Notes: a model not told the origin generated them from the letters alone. A DNA stretch of 64,000 bases from an uncultured virus (IMG/VR IMGVR_UViG_3300011434_000007) (IMGVR_UViG_3300011434_000007), one strand, 5' to 3'; positions 9,353 to 17,959 are shown, counted from the stretch's first letter. Translations and numbers: made by a program.

Positions 9353-9899
9353 GAGTTCTGAGGGATCTTCCCAAAAACCTGATTCCACGGCAACGGTAGT
9401 TATTCAGTTAATGTCATTGGATGATCCCAATGATGCATTAGAGTATTATGAACAATTTCGAAAGACAGAACTTGATCCTGAAATCGAATTGTGGTTTGCT
9501 GTCTTGACTGAAGCATTTGATAACTATAAAGAATTTATTGACCAAATTACACCAGCGAAGACGAAAAAGTTCAAAGAAGTTTTTGATTGGATATTCAACG
9601 AACATGACGAACCGTTCATAGGGGCGTTCGAAAATGTTTGTTTGATATTAAACTTAGAACCTAATGCAGTTCGTCGTGAGATCAGTAACTTCACCAAGAA
9701 ACACTACACAGCAAAACAATTGCCTGAAATTGGCATGGAATTCTGCAAGTCCCTGGATCCCATGTTACTCAATCCTGATAGTATGTACGTATCAAAGGTA
9801 GGCGTCACCTTGGGTTTTGACATTCGTTACTTAATAGAAAGTGACTCAACATATCGTATTGAGTTACCCTATTACGTACCAGTTAAGGATCTTATATAA
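9342..9899 (+). CDS. Hypothetical phage protein
   Basis: Likely TTG start at 9342 after GAGG. LWFAVL...DWIF...FENVCLILNLEPNAVR helical motif. Confidence 0.6.
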   Translation: MTTESSEGSSQKPDSTATVVIQLMSLDDPNDALEYYEQFRKTELDPEIELWFAVLTEAFDNYKEFIDQITPAKTKKFKEVFDWIFNEHDEPFIGAFENVCLILNLEPNAVRREISNFTKKHYTAKQLPEIGMEFCKSLDPMLLNPDSMYVSKVGVTLGFDIRYLIESDSTYRIELPYYVPVKDLI

Positions 9900-9911
9900 G
9901 TAAGGATCGCC

Positions 9912-10367
9912 ATGTACACAATTGAAAAAGATATTAGTTGGGAAATGGGCCACAGGCTTACACACCATGAAGGTAAGTGCTTTAATTTACACGGCCATTC
10001 CTACCGTGCAGTCATTACGTTGAGTGCTGAAAAACTCGACAAGAATGGTATGGTCGTTGACTTCTACCATTTCAAAAAGGTCAAAGATTACATTGATAAA
10101 TACTGGGATCATGCCCTAATGCTTAACATGGAGGATCCTATCGTAGCTGTTATTAATACTAGAAAAATGTTTAACGTGCTTAAGCGCAACCTTAAATTGT
10201 GCCTAGTGAATGAAGACCCCACCGCAGAAAACATTGCAAGGTGTCTGGCAGATGTAACACGTAGTTTACTGGATCAAGAGATGGGAGATCATGCTTCAGT
10301 GACGAGTGTCACTGTATACGAGACGGCGACGAGTTCTGCAACTTATGTGAAAGAAGGATTTCTATAA
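9912..10367 (+). CDS. queD: 6-carboxy-5,6,7,8-tetrahydropterin synthase
   Basis: GHRL, CFNLHGHSY, GMVVDF, WDH, PTAENIA, VYET. Confidence 0.95.
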   Translation: MYTIEKDISWEMGHRLTHHEGKCFNLHGHSYRAVITLSAEKLDKNGMVVDFYHFKKVKDYIDKYWDHALMLNMEDPIVAVINTRKMFNVLKRNLKLCLVNEDPTAENIARCLADVTRSLLDQEMGDHASVTSVTVYETATSSATYVKEGFL

Positions 10368-11071
10368 TGTCAGCAACTGCTTGTTCCCGTTGTGGTGCTA
10401 AACTACTAGAACAATCTGCTTCAACATTATGTGAGAAGTGTCATGGAGCCTGGCTAGATGAAAGGCAACAACTATCCCGTTTCTATGATGTACCTATCAA
10501 AATGATTGAAGGTATTAGGATGGTGCTTGACGGCTTACAAGAAGCGTACCCTGCTTTTAAGCCTCAAGCAAACCACATGGATCAGACTCCAGCACGGGTA
10601 GGTAGGATGTTCTTAGAAATTTGTTGGGGTCTGGGCGTTGATCCTGCTAAGCATTTAGGCACGACATTTGAGGAGACCCAATATGGTGGAATTGTACTCG
10701 TCTCAGGAATCCAGTTTACGAGCCTATGCATGCATCATTTTGCGATCTTCAGAGGTATTGCACACGTTGGCTATATCCCTAATAGACGCATCGTCGGCCT
10801 TTCAAAAATTAACAGAGTCGTTGAAATACTTGCAGCTCGTCCTCAAGTCCAAGAACAGCTCACCTTCCAGATAGCGGACCTATTACACTCAACACTCAAG
10901 CCGAAAGGGACGATGGTCGTCTTAGAGGGGAGCCACGATTGTATTGAGGTTAGAGGTGTACGCTCAAAAGGTTCTATCACAAAAACGTCAGAAGTACGAG
11001 GTATTTTCCATGACAACAAATTCAACTGTAAGGATGAGTTTATGGCTTTGATAGAAACTAAGAAAGGATAG
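10367..11071 (+). CDS. folE: GTP cyclohydrolase I with N-terminal zinc ribbon
   Basis: TPARV, SLCMHH, HVGYIP, GLSKINR, RPQVQEQLT, HDCIEVRG. Extra N-terminal CSRC...CEKC. Confidence 0.95.
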   Translation: MSATACSRCGAKLLEQSASTLCEKCHGAWLDERQQLSRFYDVPIKMIEGIRMVLDGLQEAYPAFKPQANHMDQTPARVGRMFLEICWGLGVDPAKHLGTTFEETQYGGIVLVSGIQFTSLCMHHFAIFRGIAHVGYIPNRRIVGLSKINRVVEILAARPQVQEQLTFQIADLLHSTLKPKGTMVVLEGSHDCIEVRGVRSKGSITKTSEVRGIFHDNKFNCKDEFMALIETKKG

Positions 11072-11076
11072 TTATA

Positions 11077-11169
11077 ATGGAGATGGCGTTCGTCCTACTA
11101 GGAGTTTCAATAGGCATCAGCATTACAACCATATACTTCCATTGGTTGAAGCACATAAACAGGTTCTAA
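11077..11169 (+). CDS. 30-aa single-transmembrane peptide
   Basis: AAAGGA SD, MEMAFVLLGVSIGISITTIYFHWLKHINRF, TAA 11167-11169. Confidence 0.5.
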   Translation: MEMAFVLLGVSIGISITTIYFHWLKHINRF

Positions 11170-11179
11170 ATTATAAAAG

Positions 11180-11349
11180 AGGGTGCACCGGGTTGAGCAT
11201 ATATTCGAGCACATTTAACCTTTGCACAATGTACTTAAGCCAGTACGTAGTAGACGCGATGACTCGCAGATGTCCATGATCTACGTTTAAACTGAGCTGT
11301 ACCAGCACATTTAATTTTTGCACTTCGGCTCTTAAGCCCGGTGCACCCT
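11180..11349. ncRNA. Candidate structured RNA 1 (13-bp closing stem, two internal 20-nt repeats)
   Basis: AGGGTGCACCGGG (11180-11192) / CCCGGTGCACCCT (11337-11349). AGCACATTTAAyyTTTGCAC at 11208-11227 and 11304-11323. No credible ORF. Confidence 0.5.
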
Positions 11350-11353
11350 TAGG

Positions 11354-11504
11354 GCGTTGAAAGTGATTGACGAGAACGGGTGATCAGATATCTCCTGTCC
11401 GGCGGTGTACAAAACAACTACCCGATGGCCAGGTAGAGACCGAAACTTGCACTGGGCTACATGATCACAAGTGTAGTCGCGATTCTGTCAAGATCAATTA
11501 GCGT
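11354..11504 (+). ncRNA. Candidate structured RNA 2 (irregular rod)
   Basis: Nested pairings GCGTTGA/TTAGCGT, TTGAC-AGAA/TTCT-GTCAA, GTGATCA/TGATCAC, CGGTGTA/TGCACTG, CTACC/GGTAG. G-U pairs favour the + strand. Confidence 0.4.
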
Positions 11505-11602
11505 GCCTCGTAGCATCCCTGTGGTTTACTCGTTAGCGTACTTTTCCACAGGGCTCATGAAAGCTTAGGCTTTTTTGAGCTTAAAAAGGGCCATATAGAT
11601 GC

Positions 11603-11621
11603 TGTGTGTGTGTGTGTGTGT
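11603..11621. repeat. (TG)9 microsatellite
   Basis: TGTGTGTGTGTGTGTGTGT, followed by an AT-only run. Confidence 0.95.
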
Positions 11622-11670
11622 ATTATTTATATAAGAACTCAGTTCTAAAGCCCTGAGCTTTTAGAATCTG

Positions 11671-11723
11671 GAAGACGATAAGCGATACCGCCGAAGACGG
11701 CGAAAGTGGCGAAGACGCCACTT
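11671..11723. promoter_or_regulatory. Tandem hairpins with identical G-AAGA-C loops
   Basis: GAAGACG at 11671, 11693 and 11711. CGCCG-AAGA-CGGCG and AAGTGGCG-AAGA-CGCCACTT. Confidence 0.5.
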
Positions 11724-11741
11724 CTACGAAAGAGGGAAACA

Positions 11742-12452
11742 GTGGAACTTATAACACCCTACGCCCGCATCCTCCCACCAGTCAATATCAATTCAGGCAG
11801 CACTTGGCCGGGCACCAACATCATAACATCTTTCACCTCTGATGATGGACGCTTTCTTCTCAAACGTATTGAATATTGCGCCCGCATCAGTCATCGTTCA
11901 GAAGATGCACCTGCTGATACTGAACGCTTTCTTCGTTCAGTCATTATCAATCATGGTGATTGGTCAGTTGTAGAGCATTGTTCTATCAGTGTGGAATTTC
12001 TCGTTGATCGAGGAATTACCCATGAGCTAGTCCGTCATCGAATCTTTTCGTTTACCCAGGAGTCTACTCGTTTTGTGAACTATTTAAAACGAGTCAGTGC
12101 TCGCTTTATCTTGCCGCCCTTTCAAGAGGAAGATAGGTTAGGTGCTTCAGGTGTTTGGCATAATACTATCAATGCCTGTCTCGAAGGGTACACACAACTT
12201 ATTAAGCTAGGTTGTTCACCACAGATTGCACGATCAGTTTTACCTAATGCGTTGTCGAGTAAGATCGTCACGACTGGTAATCTTCGCCAGTGGCGGCATT
12301 TCTTCATTATGCGCACGACGAAAGAAACACACCCACAGATGCGAGAAGTTACTGTGCCACTTTTGGCTGAAGTTCAGCGAGTGATTCCAATTCTTTTTGA
12401 GGATATTGAAACAGGTGCATCACAGCGCGACAATCTTAGATTACCAAGATAG
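11742..12452 (+). CDS. thyX: FAD-dependent thymidylate synthase
   Basis: RHRIFSFTQESTRF motif, WSVVEH, ARSVLPN, NLRQWRHF, HPQMR. Start moved to GTG 11742, which follows a GAGGG SD. Confidence 0.95.
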   Translation: MELITPYARILPPVNINSGSTWPGTNIITSFTSDDGRFLLKRIEYCARISHRSEDAPADTERFLRSVIINHGDWSVVEHCSISVEFLVDRGITHELVRHRIFSFTQESTRFVNYLKRVSARFILPPFQEEDRLGASGVWHNTINACLEGYTQLIKLGCSPQIARSVLPNALSSKIVTTGNLRQWRHFFIMRTTKETHPQMREVTVPLLAEVQRVIPILFEDIETGASQRDNLRLPR

Positions 12453-12460
12453 GAGCCAGC

Positions 12461-12712
12461 ATGGAACAACTTCAACCCGTCATTGTTTCTTATCCGCCAA
12501 ACCCACACTGCCATGGTAATATGATGCTTTATGAGGCGACTATGCCTAGCGTCTTTGAACCTAAGGCATTAGTTTATCGTTGCTTTTCTTGTAGAGGTCA
12601 AGCAACGACACCAATCAAGGCAGTTCCAGTATTCACTTATCGTAAGGGTGGAAAGTATTACATGCCTCCGCAAGTTGACGCAGTTCCTGAAGAGTTAGGT
12701 GAGACTGAATAA
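12461..12712 (+). CDS. Small zinc-ribbon-like protein
   Basis: AGGAG SD. HCH...CFSC. Confidence 0.6.
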   Translation: MEQLQPVIVSYPPNPHCHGNMMLYEATMPSVFEPKALVYRCFSCRGQATTPIKAVPVFTYRKGGKYYMPPQVDAVPEELGETE

Positions 12713-14034
12713 TGTTCTGTCAGATCTTAGATCATAATTATAGTCGAATCTTCAGTCCCACATTTGAGGTCAAGCAACTACTTCGTGTAAAGCATAAACA
12801 CTGGAGTAATTGGAAGAAGGCTTTTGAGTTTAATGATATTGATTTCATAGATGCTACAACTGGTAGTATTCTTACTGGTTTAGTACCTCATATCCAATCT
12901 AAGATTGATTTAGTCGTACAAAGTGATGCACGCCAATTTCCTGTCGTCGAATTTCGTGAACCTCAACTTCAGATTTCTGCCCGACCATATCAGATTGAAT
13001 ACATCCTAGCGGCGCTAAAACGCATGCGTATGATTGTGCATGCTACAACAGGATCTGGTAAGACTTTCATGATGGCAGCTTTGATGGATATCATCGGACT
13101 TGATGCCCTAGTAATGGTACCTAACAAGACGCTTGAAGCTCAGGTTGCAACAGAGTTAGAAAAGATTCTTCCTAAAGAACGTCCTTACAAATATGAGATT
13201 GGTATACCACGCAACTTCCACAAGTGGTCAATATATAACCTCCAAGCCTACCCTGTTCTTATAGCTGATGAGTGCCATTCCTACGCTGCGGATCAGGCAA
13301 AGCAAGTCATTCTGGCACAGGCTGCACCCTTTCGTTTCGGATTTACAGGTACACCTGTGGGTCGTAGTGATGGTCGAGATCTGGATGTTCAGGGTTTGTT
13401 TGGTGAGATTGTTAAGCTTATTGAGCCTTCTACTTTAGTGGAACAGGGTTATATTGCACCCACGCAAGTAGATTTGTATCATGCTAATTGGGAAGGCGAT
13501 TTTCCACTGATGGAAAAGGTTTTTATTGTTGAAAATGAGAAGCGTAATAATCTAATACTTGAAATTGTCAATCAGTTTAAGAAGCAATCAATCTTGATCT
13601 TAGTGCGCCGTATTGATCATGGCGAACGTTTACAGAGAGCTATACCCCATTCTGTTTTCGTTCAAGGCAATGTTAGTGGTGAAGATCGTGAACGCATTCG
13701 TGAAGATGTTAAGAGTGGAAGAACCCGCATCTTGATCGCCAGCAATGTCTTCGCGGCAGGATTAGATATTCCTAATTTGGGAGTAGGTATTAATGCTGGT
13801 GGGGGTAAGGCAGAGATTCTCACAGGTCAAAAGTCAGGCCGTTTGATGCGTCCCTGGGAAGGCATGTGTAAAAAGTGGATTGACATCTATGACGCTTATC
13901 ATCCCACCATGGAGCAACATAGCCGTGAAAGATATAGAATTTATAAAAATGCGGCTTTGCCAATTGATTTCATTGGATTCACAGAAGCAAAACAATTACG
14001 GTTAAAAGAAGAAATCAAGGTGGAGGATCAATGA
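12712..14034 (+). CDS. SF2 helicase (UvsW/Rad25-like)
   Basis: RPYQ, ATTGSGKT, ADECH, FTGT, GLDIPNL, QKSGRLMR. Confidence 0.9.
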   Translation: MFCQILDHNYSRIFSPTFEVKQLLRVKHKHWSNWKKAFEFNDIDFIDATTGSILTGLVPHIQSKIDLVVQSDARQFPVVEFREPQLQISARPYQIEYILAALKRMRMIVHATTGSGKTFMMAALMDIIGLDALVMVPNKTLEAQVATELEKILPKERPYKYEIGIPRNFHKWSIYNLQAYPVLIADECHSYAADQAKQVILAQAAPFRFGFTGTPVGRSDGRDLDVQGLFGEIVKLIEPSTLVEQGYIAPTQVDLYHANWEGDFPLMEKVFIVENEKRNNLILEIVNQFKKQSILILVRRIDHGERLQRAIPHSVFVQGNVSGEDRERIREDVKSGRTRILIASNVFAAGLDIPNLGVGINAGGGKAEILTGQKSGRLMRPWEGMCKKWIDIYDAYHPTMEQHSRERYRIYKNAALPIDFIGFTEAKQLRLKEEIKVEDQ

Positions 14035-14372
14035 GCTTCACAGATCGTTTCTGGTTGTGGCTTTCTTTCAAAATGCCACAACGCCTCATTTATTGGTGTT
14101 CAATTCGGTTGATGAGCCGTGCTACTGTGGGTGAGTATGGAGACACAATAGTTTCTGAACTTCTAGCAATGGATGCCCTGAAACGTTGGGAGACAACTAG
14201 TGGACGACCTTTTTCCGACAAAGAGTTTGGTAACAAGCAAGCTGATAAACGCAACTCCGGATCTGTGTCGCCTCGCATATATGTATGCGTTAGGCAAATA
14301 CTATCCATCCGTGATGGTGCCTTACGTGTATGGCGTGCAACGTTTTCAGAAATTAGCTTGCCTCTTAAATGA
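14031..14372 (+). CDS. Hypothetical protein (only the first ~55 aa look gene-like)
   Basis: GGAGG SD, ATGA coupling. The 3' half overlaps the next ORF. Confidence 0.5.
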   Translation: MSFTDRFWLWLSFKMPQRLIYWCSIRLMSRATVGEYGDTIVSELLAMDALKRWETTSGRPFSDKEFGNKQADKRNSGSVSPRIYVCVRQILSIRDGALRVWRATFSEISLPLK

Positions 14373-14538
14373 AGAAAAGATTAGGCCTGATAGGTATATT
14401 TTGCATTGGTTTAGTGTTTGGAATACTCACAGGTATCAAAGCAAAGCGTCTAGATATCCAAGTCCTAAACAACTTGAAGACAAGGCTCTAGTTCTAGTAT
14501 ACCGCCAGGCGACAGGTGATGACAAACTTTGCACCTAG
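14200..14538 (+). CDS. Hypothetical protein upstream of the helicase (possible loader/initiator by position)
   Basis: GGGAGA SD with GTG start. Overlaps the dnaB start. Confidence 0.55.
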   Translation: MDDLFPTKSLVTSKLINATPDLCRLAYMYALGKYYPSVMVPYVYGVQRFQKLACLLNEEKIRPDRYILHWFSVWNTHRYQSKASRYPSPKQLEDKALVLVYRQATGDDKLCT

Positions 14539-15808
14539 CTTTCAGACACGTCTACTCGCACTTCTGTGTCTTGACAAGGATTTTTTTCTTGCTCAAGCTC
14601 AGCATATGCAGGGTATCTATTTTACTACTTTTATAGGGAAGTGGTTATTTGAATATGTTACTGCACACTTTACACAGTACAAGGAACTTCCCACTCTTGC
14701 AATTATTGAAAATGAAATTGCGAGGCAGAATCCTGACATTCTTCCTGAAGAACATACAGGCCTACAAGAATTCTTCAGTATCGTTACATCAGGTTCGGTT
14801 ACTGAAGCTGATTACATCAAGACCACGGTTTCAAAGTTCATTAGTAATAGGCGGGTTCGCCTTGCACTCAGCGAACAAAATGATGCCATTGAAGCTGGCG
14901 ATGTCGAAGTATTACTCGATGCATTAAAGAGGATACGCCCTCCAGAAAAAACTAGGGGTTTAGAAGATGTTTATACTTTTTCACTTTTAAATTTACGTGA
15001 GATTTACGAATCCGTCGGTGCCTGCAGGACAGGTATACCTCTTATTGATAATTACGTAGGAGGTCTATTCAATAAAGAATTAACTTTGTTCATGGCAGAT
15101 ACTAACGTGGGTAAAAGCTTAATGCTTAATTTCGTTGGGGGACAACTACTCCGACAGCAGAAAAAGATTTTACATGTAACATTAGAAATGTCTGCAGCTC
15201 GTACATTATTACGTTATATGGCAACGCTCATAGACATGGGCAGTAGTTTGAATTATAACAATCTCATAGCCTGTCAACCCCTAGAACAGGTATTTGATTA
15301 CGTTTATAGTTTACGCGAACGTTACGAACCATATTTGGCATTAGAAGAATTACCCACAGGCCGCGGCAGCATTCAAGATATTGAAAAGCTTATTGAAAAA
15401 CATGAGCCTAAGGTACTTTTAGTAGATTATTTGGATCTTATCCGCCCAGCTAAGGTTCGTGAACATAAGCGTTTTGAGTTAGGAGATATAGCTGTACAAC
15501 TTCGTGGTTTAAGTAATCAGTACAACATCCCTGTGGTCTCTGCGACTCAGACATCTAAAGCTGCAGCCAATCGTCGTATTGTGGGGAAGGAGTTTGTCGC
15601 TGAAGATTATGAGAAAATAAGAGTTTCAGATGTTGTTGTAGGCATGGGCCAAACACAGGATGATGCTCTTAAACGTGAAGTTATTCTTAACTTAACTAAA
15701 TCTCGTAACACCGAAAAGGGTCGCATGGAACGTTATACCATAGATTACAATACGGTTCGCTTTATCCTTCAGCGGGCAGAGATCTATGGAAGTGGGGATG
15801 CAGCGTGA
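14516..15808 (+). CDS. dnaB: Replicative DnaB/gp41-like helicase
   Basis: ADTNVGKS, HVTLEMS, LVDYLDL, VSATQ, KSRN. Confidence 0.92.
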   Translation: MMTNFAPSFQTRLLALLCLDKDFFLAQAQHMQGIYFTTFIGKWLFEYVTAHFTQYKELPTLAIIENEIARQNPDILPEEHTGLQEFFSIVTSGSVTEADYIKTTVSKFISNRRVRLALSEQNDAIEAGDVEVLLDALKRIRPPEKTRGLEDVYTFSLLNLREIYESVGACRTGIPLIDNYVGGLFNKELTLFMADTNVGKSLMLNFVGGQLLRQQKKILHVTLEMSAARTLLRYMATLIDMGSSLNYNNLIACQPLEQVFDYVYSLRERYEPYLALEELPTGRGSIQDIEKLIEKHEPKVLLVDYLDLIRPAKVREHKRFELGDIAVQLRGLSNQYNIPVVSATQTSKAAANRRIVGKEFVAEDYEKIRVSDVVVGMGQTQDDALKREVILNLTKSRNTEKGRMERYTIDYNTVRFILQRAEIYGSGDAA

Positions 15809-15824
15809 AAGAATGGGAATATAA

Positions 15825-16712
15825 GTGGAATTACGAGTTGCTAAAATTATCATCGCCAAGCGTTTTGGAGAGTTCCGTCTGGCAGGAGATGAAATCCTCA
15901 TTTGCTGTCCGTTCTGCACAGCTCGTGGACGAGGCGTTGATCGAAACTTTAAACTCTATCTTAACCCCGTCAAAGATGCAGCCCACTGTTTCAGATGCGA
16001 ATATTCTGGAAGGGTCAGCAACCTCATCCCACAGCTCGCAGTTTTCGAATCTAACTTTGCAGAAATTGAACGACGTCCTCCTTTCGTTGAGTCTGATACC
16101 GAGGCCTTCCCTGCCTGCGTGGATATTGCCGAGTTGTCCCCCAACGAAATGGCGAGAACTTATATTGAAGGTCGGGGGTTTAGAGTTAGTGACCTACCTG
16201 GAAGGTTCTTTTACTGTCACGACTATAGGAAAGGGAACTACTCTTTTGGTGCCAGAGTTATCATGCCTGTCCATCAAGGAGGTGTATATCGTGGATTCCA
16301 GGCTCGAACCCTTGAGGATCATAAAGTTAAATACGTCAATTCTACCGGAATGGATAAGAGATACTTACTATACAATTACGACTGTGCCATTCAACAGGAT
16401 GCAGAGCTCATTATAACTGAGGGAATTTTTGATTGTTTAAAGGCAGGACCTACTGCGGTTGCTGCCTTTGGTAAAGCTGTTTCTCCAGAGCAAGTACGTT
16501 TAATTGCACTGGGTAATTTTAAGAAGGTAATCATTCTACTTGACAATGATGGCACGGCGAAAAAGGATATTGACCAATTATCTAAGGCACTAGCTCCAAA
16601 TTTTAATACATACGTTGCTTTACTTGATGGTCATGACGCAGGTGAACTATCATACGAAGAAATTAGACGATTCTTATCAGATCCAAATAGCAACGTCAAA
16701 AGGATTTACTAA
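15825..16712 (+). CDS. DNA primase (Zn finger + TOPRIM)
   Basis: CPFC...HCFRC, RVIMP, FQAR, KYVNS, ITEGIFD, LLDND, HDAGE. Confidence 0.9.
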   Translation: MELRVAKIIIAKRFGEFRLAGDEILICCPFCTARGRGVDRNFKLYLNPVKDAAHCFRCEYSGRVSNLIPQLAVFESNFAEIERRPPFVESDTEAFPACVDIAELSPNEMARTYIEGRGFRVSDLPGRFFYCHDYRKGNYSFGARVIMPVHQGGVYRGFQARTLEDHKVKYVNSTGMDKRYLLYNYDCAIQQDAELIITEGIFDCLKAGPTAVAAFGKAVSPEQVRLIALGNFKKVIILLDNDGTAKKDIDQLSKALAPNFNTYVALLDGHDAGELSYEEIRRFLSDPNSNVKRIY

Positions 16713-16722
16713 GGAGAAAAAC

Positions 16723-17367
16723 ATGACAAAAGTAACTGTTGAAGACGTGGTGAATTTATCTCCACGTGAACTTATTACAAAGATGACTACCAAGGGTGAA
16801 GAACCAGCAATAGTGGTGGTAACGGAGCCCACCGAGGAAGGGCCGCCCGCATCTCTTGTGCTATCAACTCAACCTATTGTTCCCACGGAACAGGCTGCTC
16901 CTGCTTCAGAGCAAGTACAGGTTGATACAGATCCTGCTGTGAAGTCTGAATTCAACAAGAAGCAGTTGAAGGGGTTATTTGATGATGCACACATTTTTGT
17001 CAAAGGGCAAACCTTTAGTGCTGTGCATGGCATCAGTGGCGGTACTGTTGAAGTAGTATCTGTTGAAAACTCTTCCGGTCGTGTCAAGTTTAAGGTGCAG
17101 GAAACCGGTGAGATCTTCAGCCAGGCTGCAGCTGTGCTTCGTGGGGGTAAGGAAGAATTGCCCTACAAGAAGGGTGATTTCATTCTATTTGAAGACCATG
17201 TCTATGAGATCATCGGCCTAAACCCGGCCAATCGCAATGTTGTCATCAATCTGAACGGAGTGAAACGTTATCTCAAAATTTCAAAGGTGGCGCCAGTTGG
17301 TGGATCAGATGAGAATGTGCCTACAAATGGAGAACAGCAAGTTAGCCCACAAACACCCACGGCCTGA
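16723..17367 (+). CDS. Hypothetical protein with two SH3/KOW-like beta domains
   Basis: AAGGAG SD with ATG 16723. FVKGQ...VEVVSV...VKFK and YKKGD...YEIIGL...VVIN repeats. Confidence 0.65.
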   Translation: MTKVTVEDVVNLSPRELITKMTTKGEEPAIVVVTEPTEEGPPASLVLSTQPIVPTEQAAPASEQVQVDTDPAVKSEFNKKQLKGLFDDAHIFVKGQTFSAVHGISGGTVEVVSVENSSGRVKFKVQETGEIFSQAAAVLRGGKEELPYKKGDFILFEDHVYEIIGLNPANRNVVINLNGVKRYLKISKVAPVGGSDENVPTNGEQQVSPQTPTA

Positions 17368-17959
17368 AACAACGTTTCGGGAACTCGTGGATAATGCGGT
17401 GCATTCATATATACACAGGGATGAAATTAATACTGTGTACAATATTGCATCGCAAAAGGAGTTAGTTGATTTCATTGACTACGTAGCGCATTGTCCTGTT
17501 TGTGCTACGGGCATGAAATTGGCGCCTTCAGATAATATTGTTGTTCTTTTTAAAAAGTTAGATCCAGGTGCGAAGTGTCCTGAAAAGGCTTATGAAGAGG
17601 ATGCAGGCTTTGATCTTTTTTCTCTTCACACTGTGGATTTATTGCCAGGCCAGAAGGTAGAAGTATCAACAGGCCTTGCAATGGAAATGCCAGGTCACCT
17701 GTATGCTACCATTGATGGCAAAAGTTCATTTGGCGCGCAAGACGTCTATACTTTTAGAGGGGTGTACGACGCAGGATACCGTGGATATATTAGTGCTTTC
17801 ATGTGCAATAATGGTACTGAAAGAATTACGATCCAACGTTACCAAAAGTGTGCGCAGCTTATTTTCCACCACAGGCTCCCGATACAACTTGTTACGACTA
17901 ATGAACTTAGTCCTTCCTCAAGAGGCGAAGGTCGCTTCGGATCGACTGGAAAGTTTTAA
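17327..17959 (+). CDS. dut: Trimeric dUTPase with N-terminal extension
   Basis: AGFDL, GKSS, GVYDAGYRG, AQL, RGEGRFGSTG. Start position uncertain. Confidence 0.92.
   Translation: MENSKLAHKHPRPETTFRELVDNAVHSYIHRDEINTVYNIASQKELVDFIDYVAHCPVCATGMKLAPSDNIVVLFKKLDPGAKCPEKAYEEDAGFDLFSLHTVDLLPGQKVEVSTGLAMEMPGHLYATIDGKSSFGAQDVYTFRGVYDAGYRGYISAFMCNNGTERITIQRYQKCAQLIFHHRLPIQLVTTNELSPSSRGEGRFGSTGKF

Noticed and set aside
11208..11323. Mini CRISPR array
   Set aside because: Only two 20-nt repeats, 76 nt apart, and no cas genes.
11180..11353. Retron msr-msd (13-bp a1/a2-like inverted repeat; GCACCCTTAG resembles a retron branch context)
   Set aside because: No reverse transcriptase in the window, and the motif sits at the 3' arm rather than the 5' arm.
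11351..11560. tmRNA or tRNA
   Set aside because: The 5' end is vaguely tmRNA-like, but there is no T-arm (GTTCRA) or CCA acceptor end. I saw no tRNA cloverleaf anywhere in the window.
11689..11723. Lambda-type boxB (GAAGA pentaloop)
   Set aside because: The G pairs with the following C, giving AAGA tetraloops, and no boxA is evident.
11706..11741. Longer thyX N-terminus from GTG 11706
   Set aside because: That codon lies inside a hairpin with no SD. GTG 11742 has a SD and gives a typical ThyX start.
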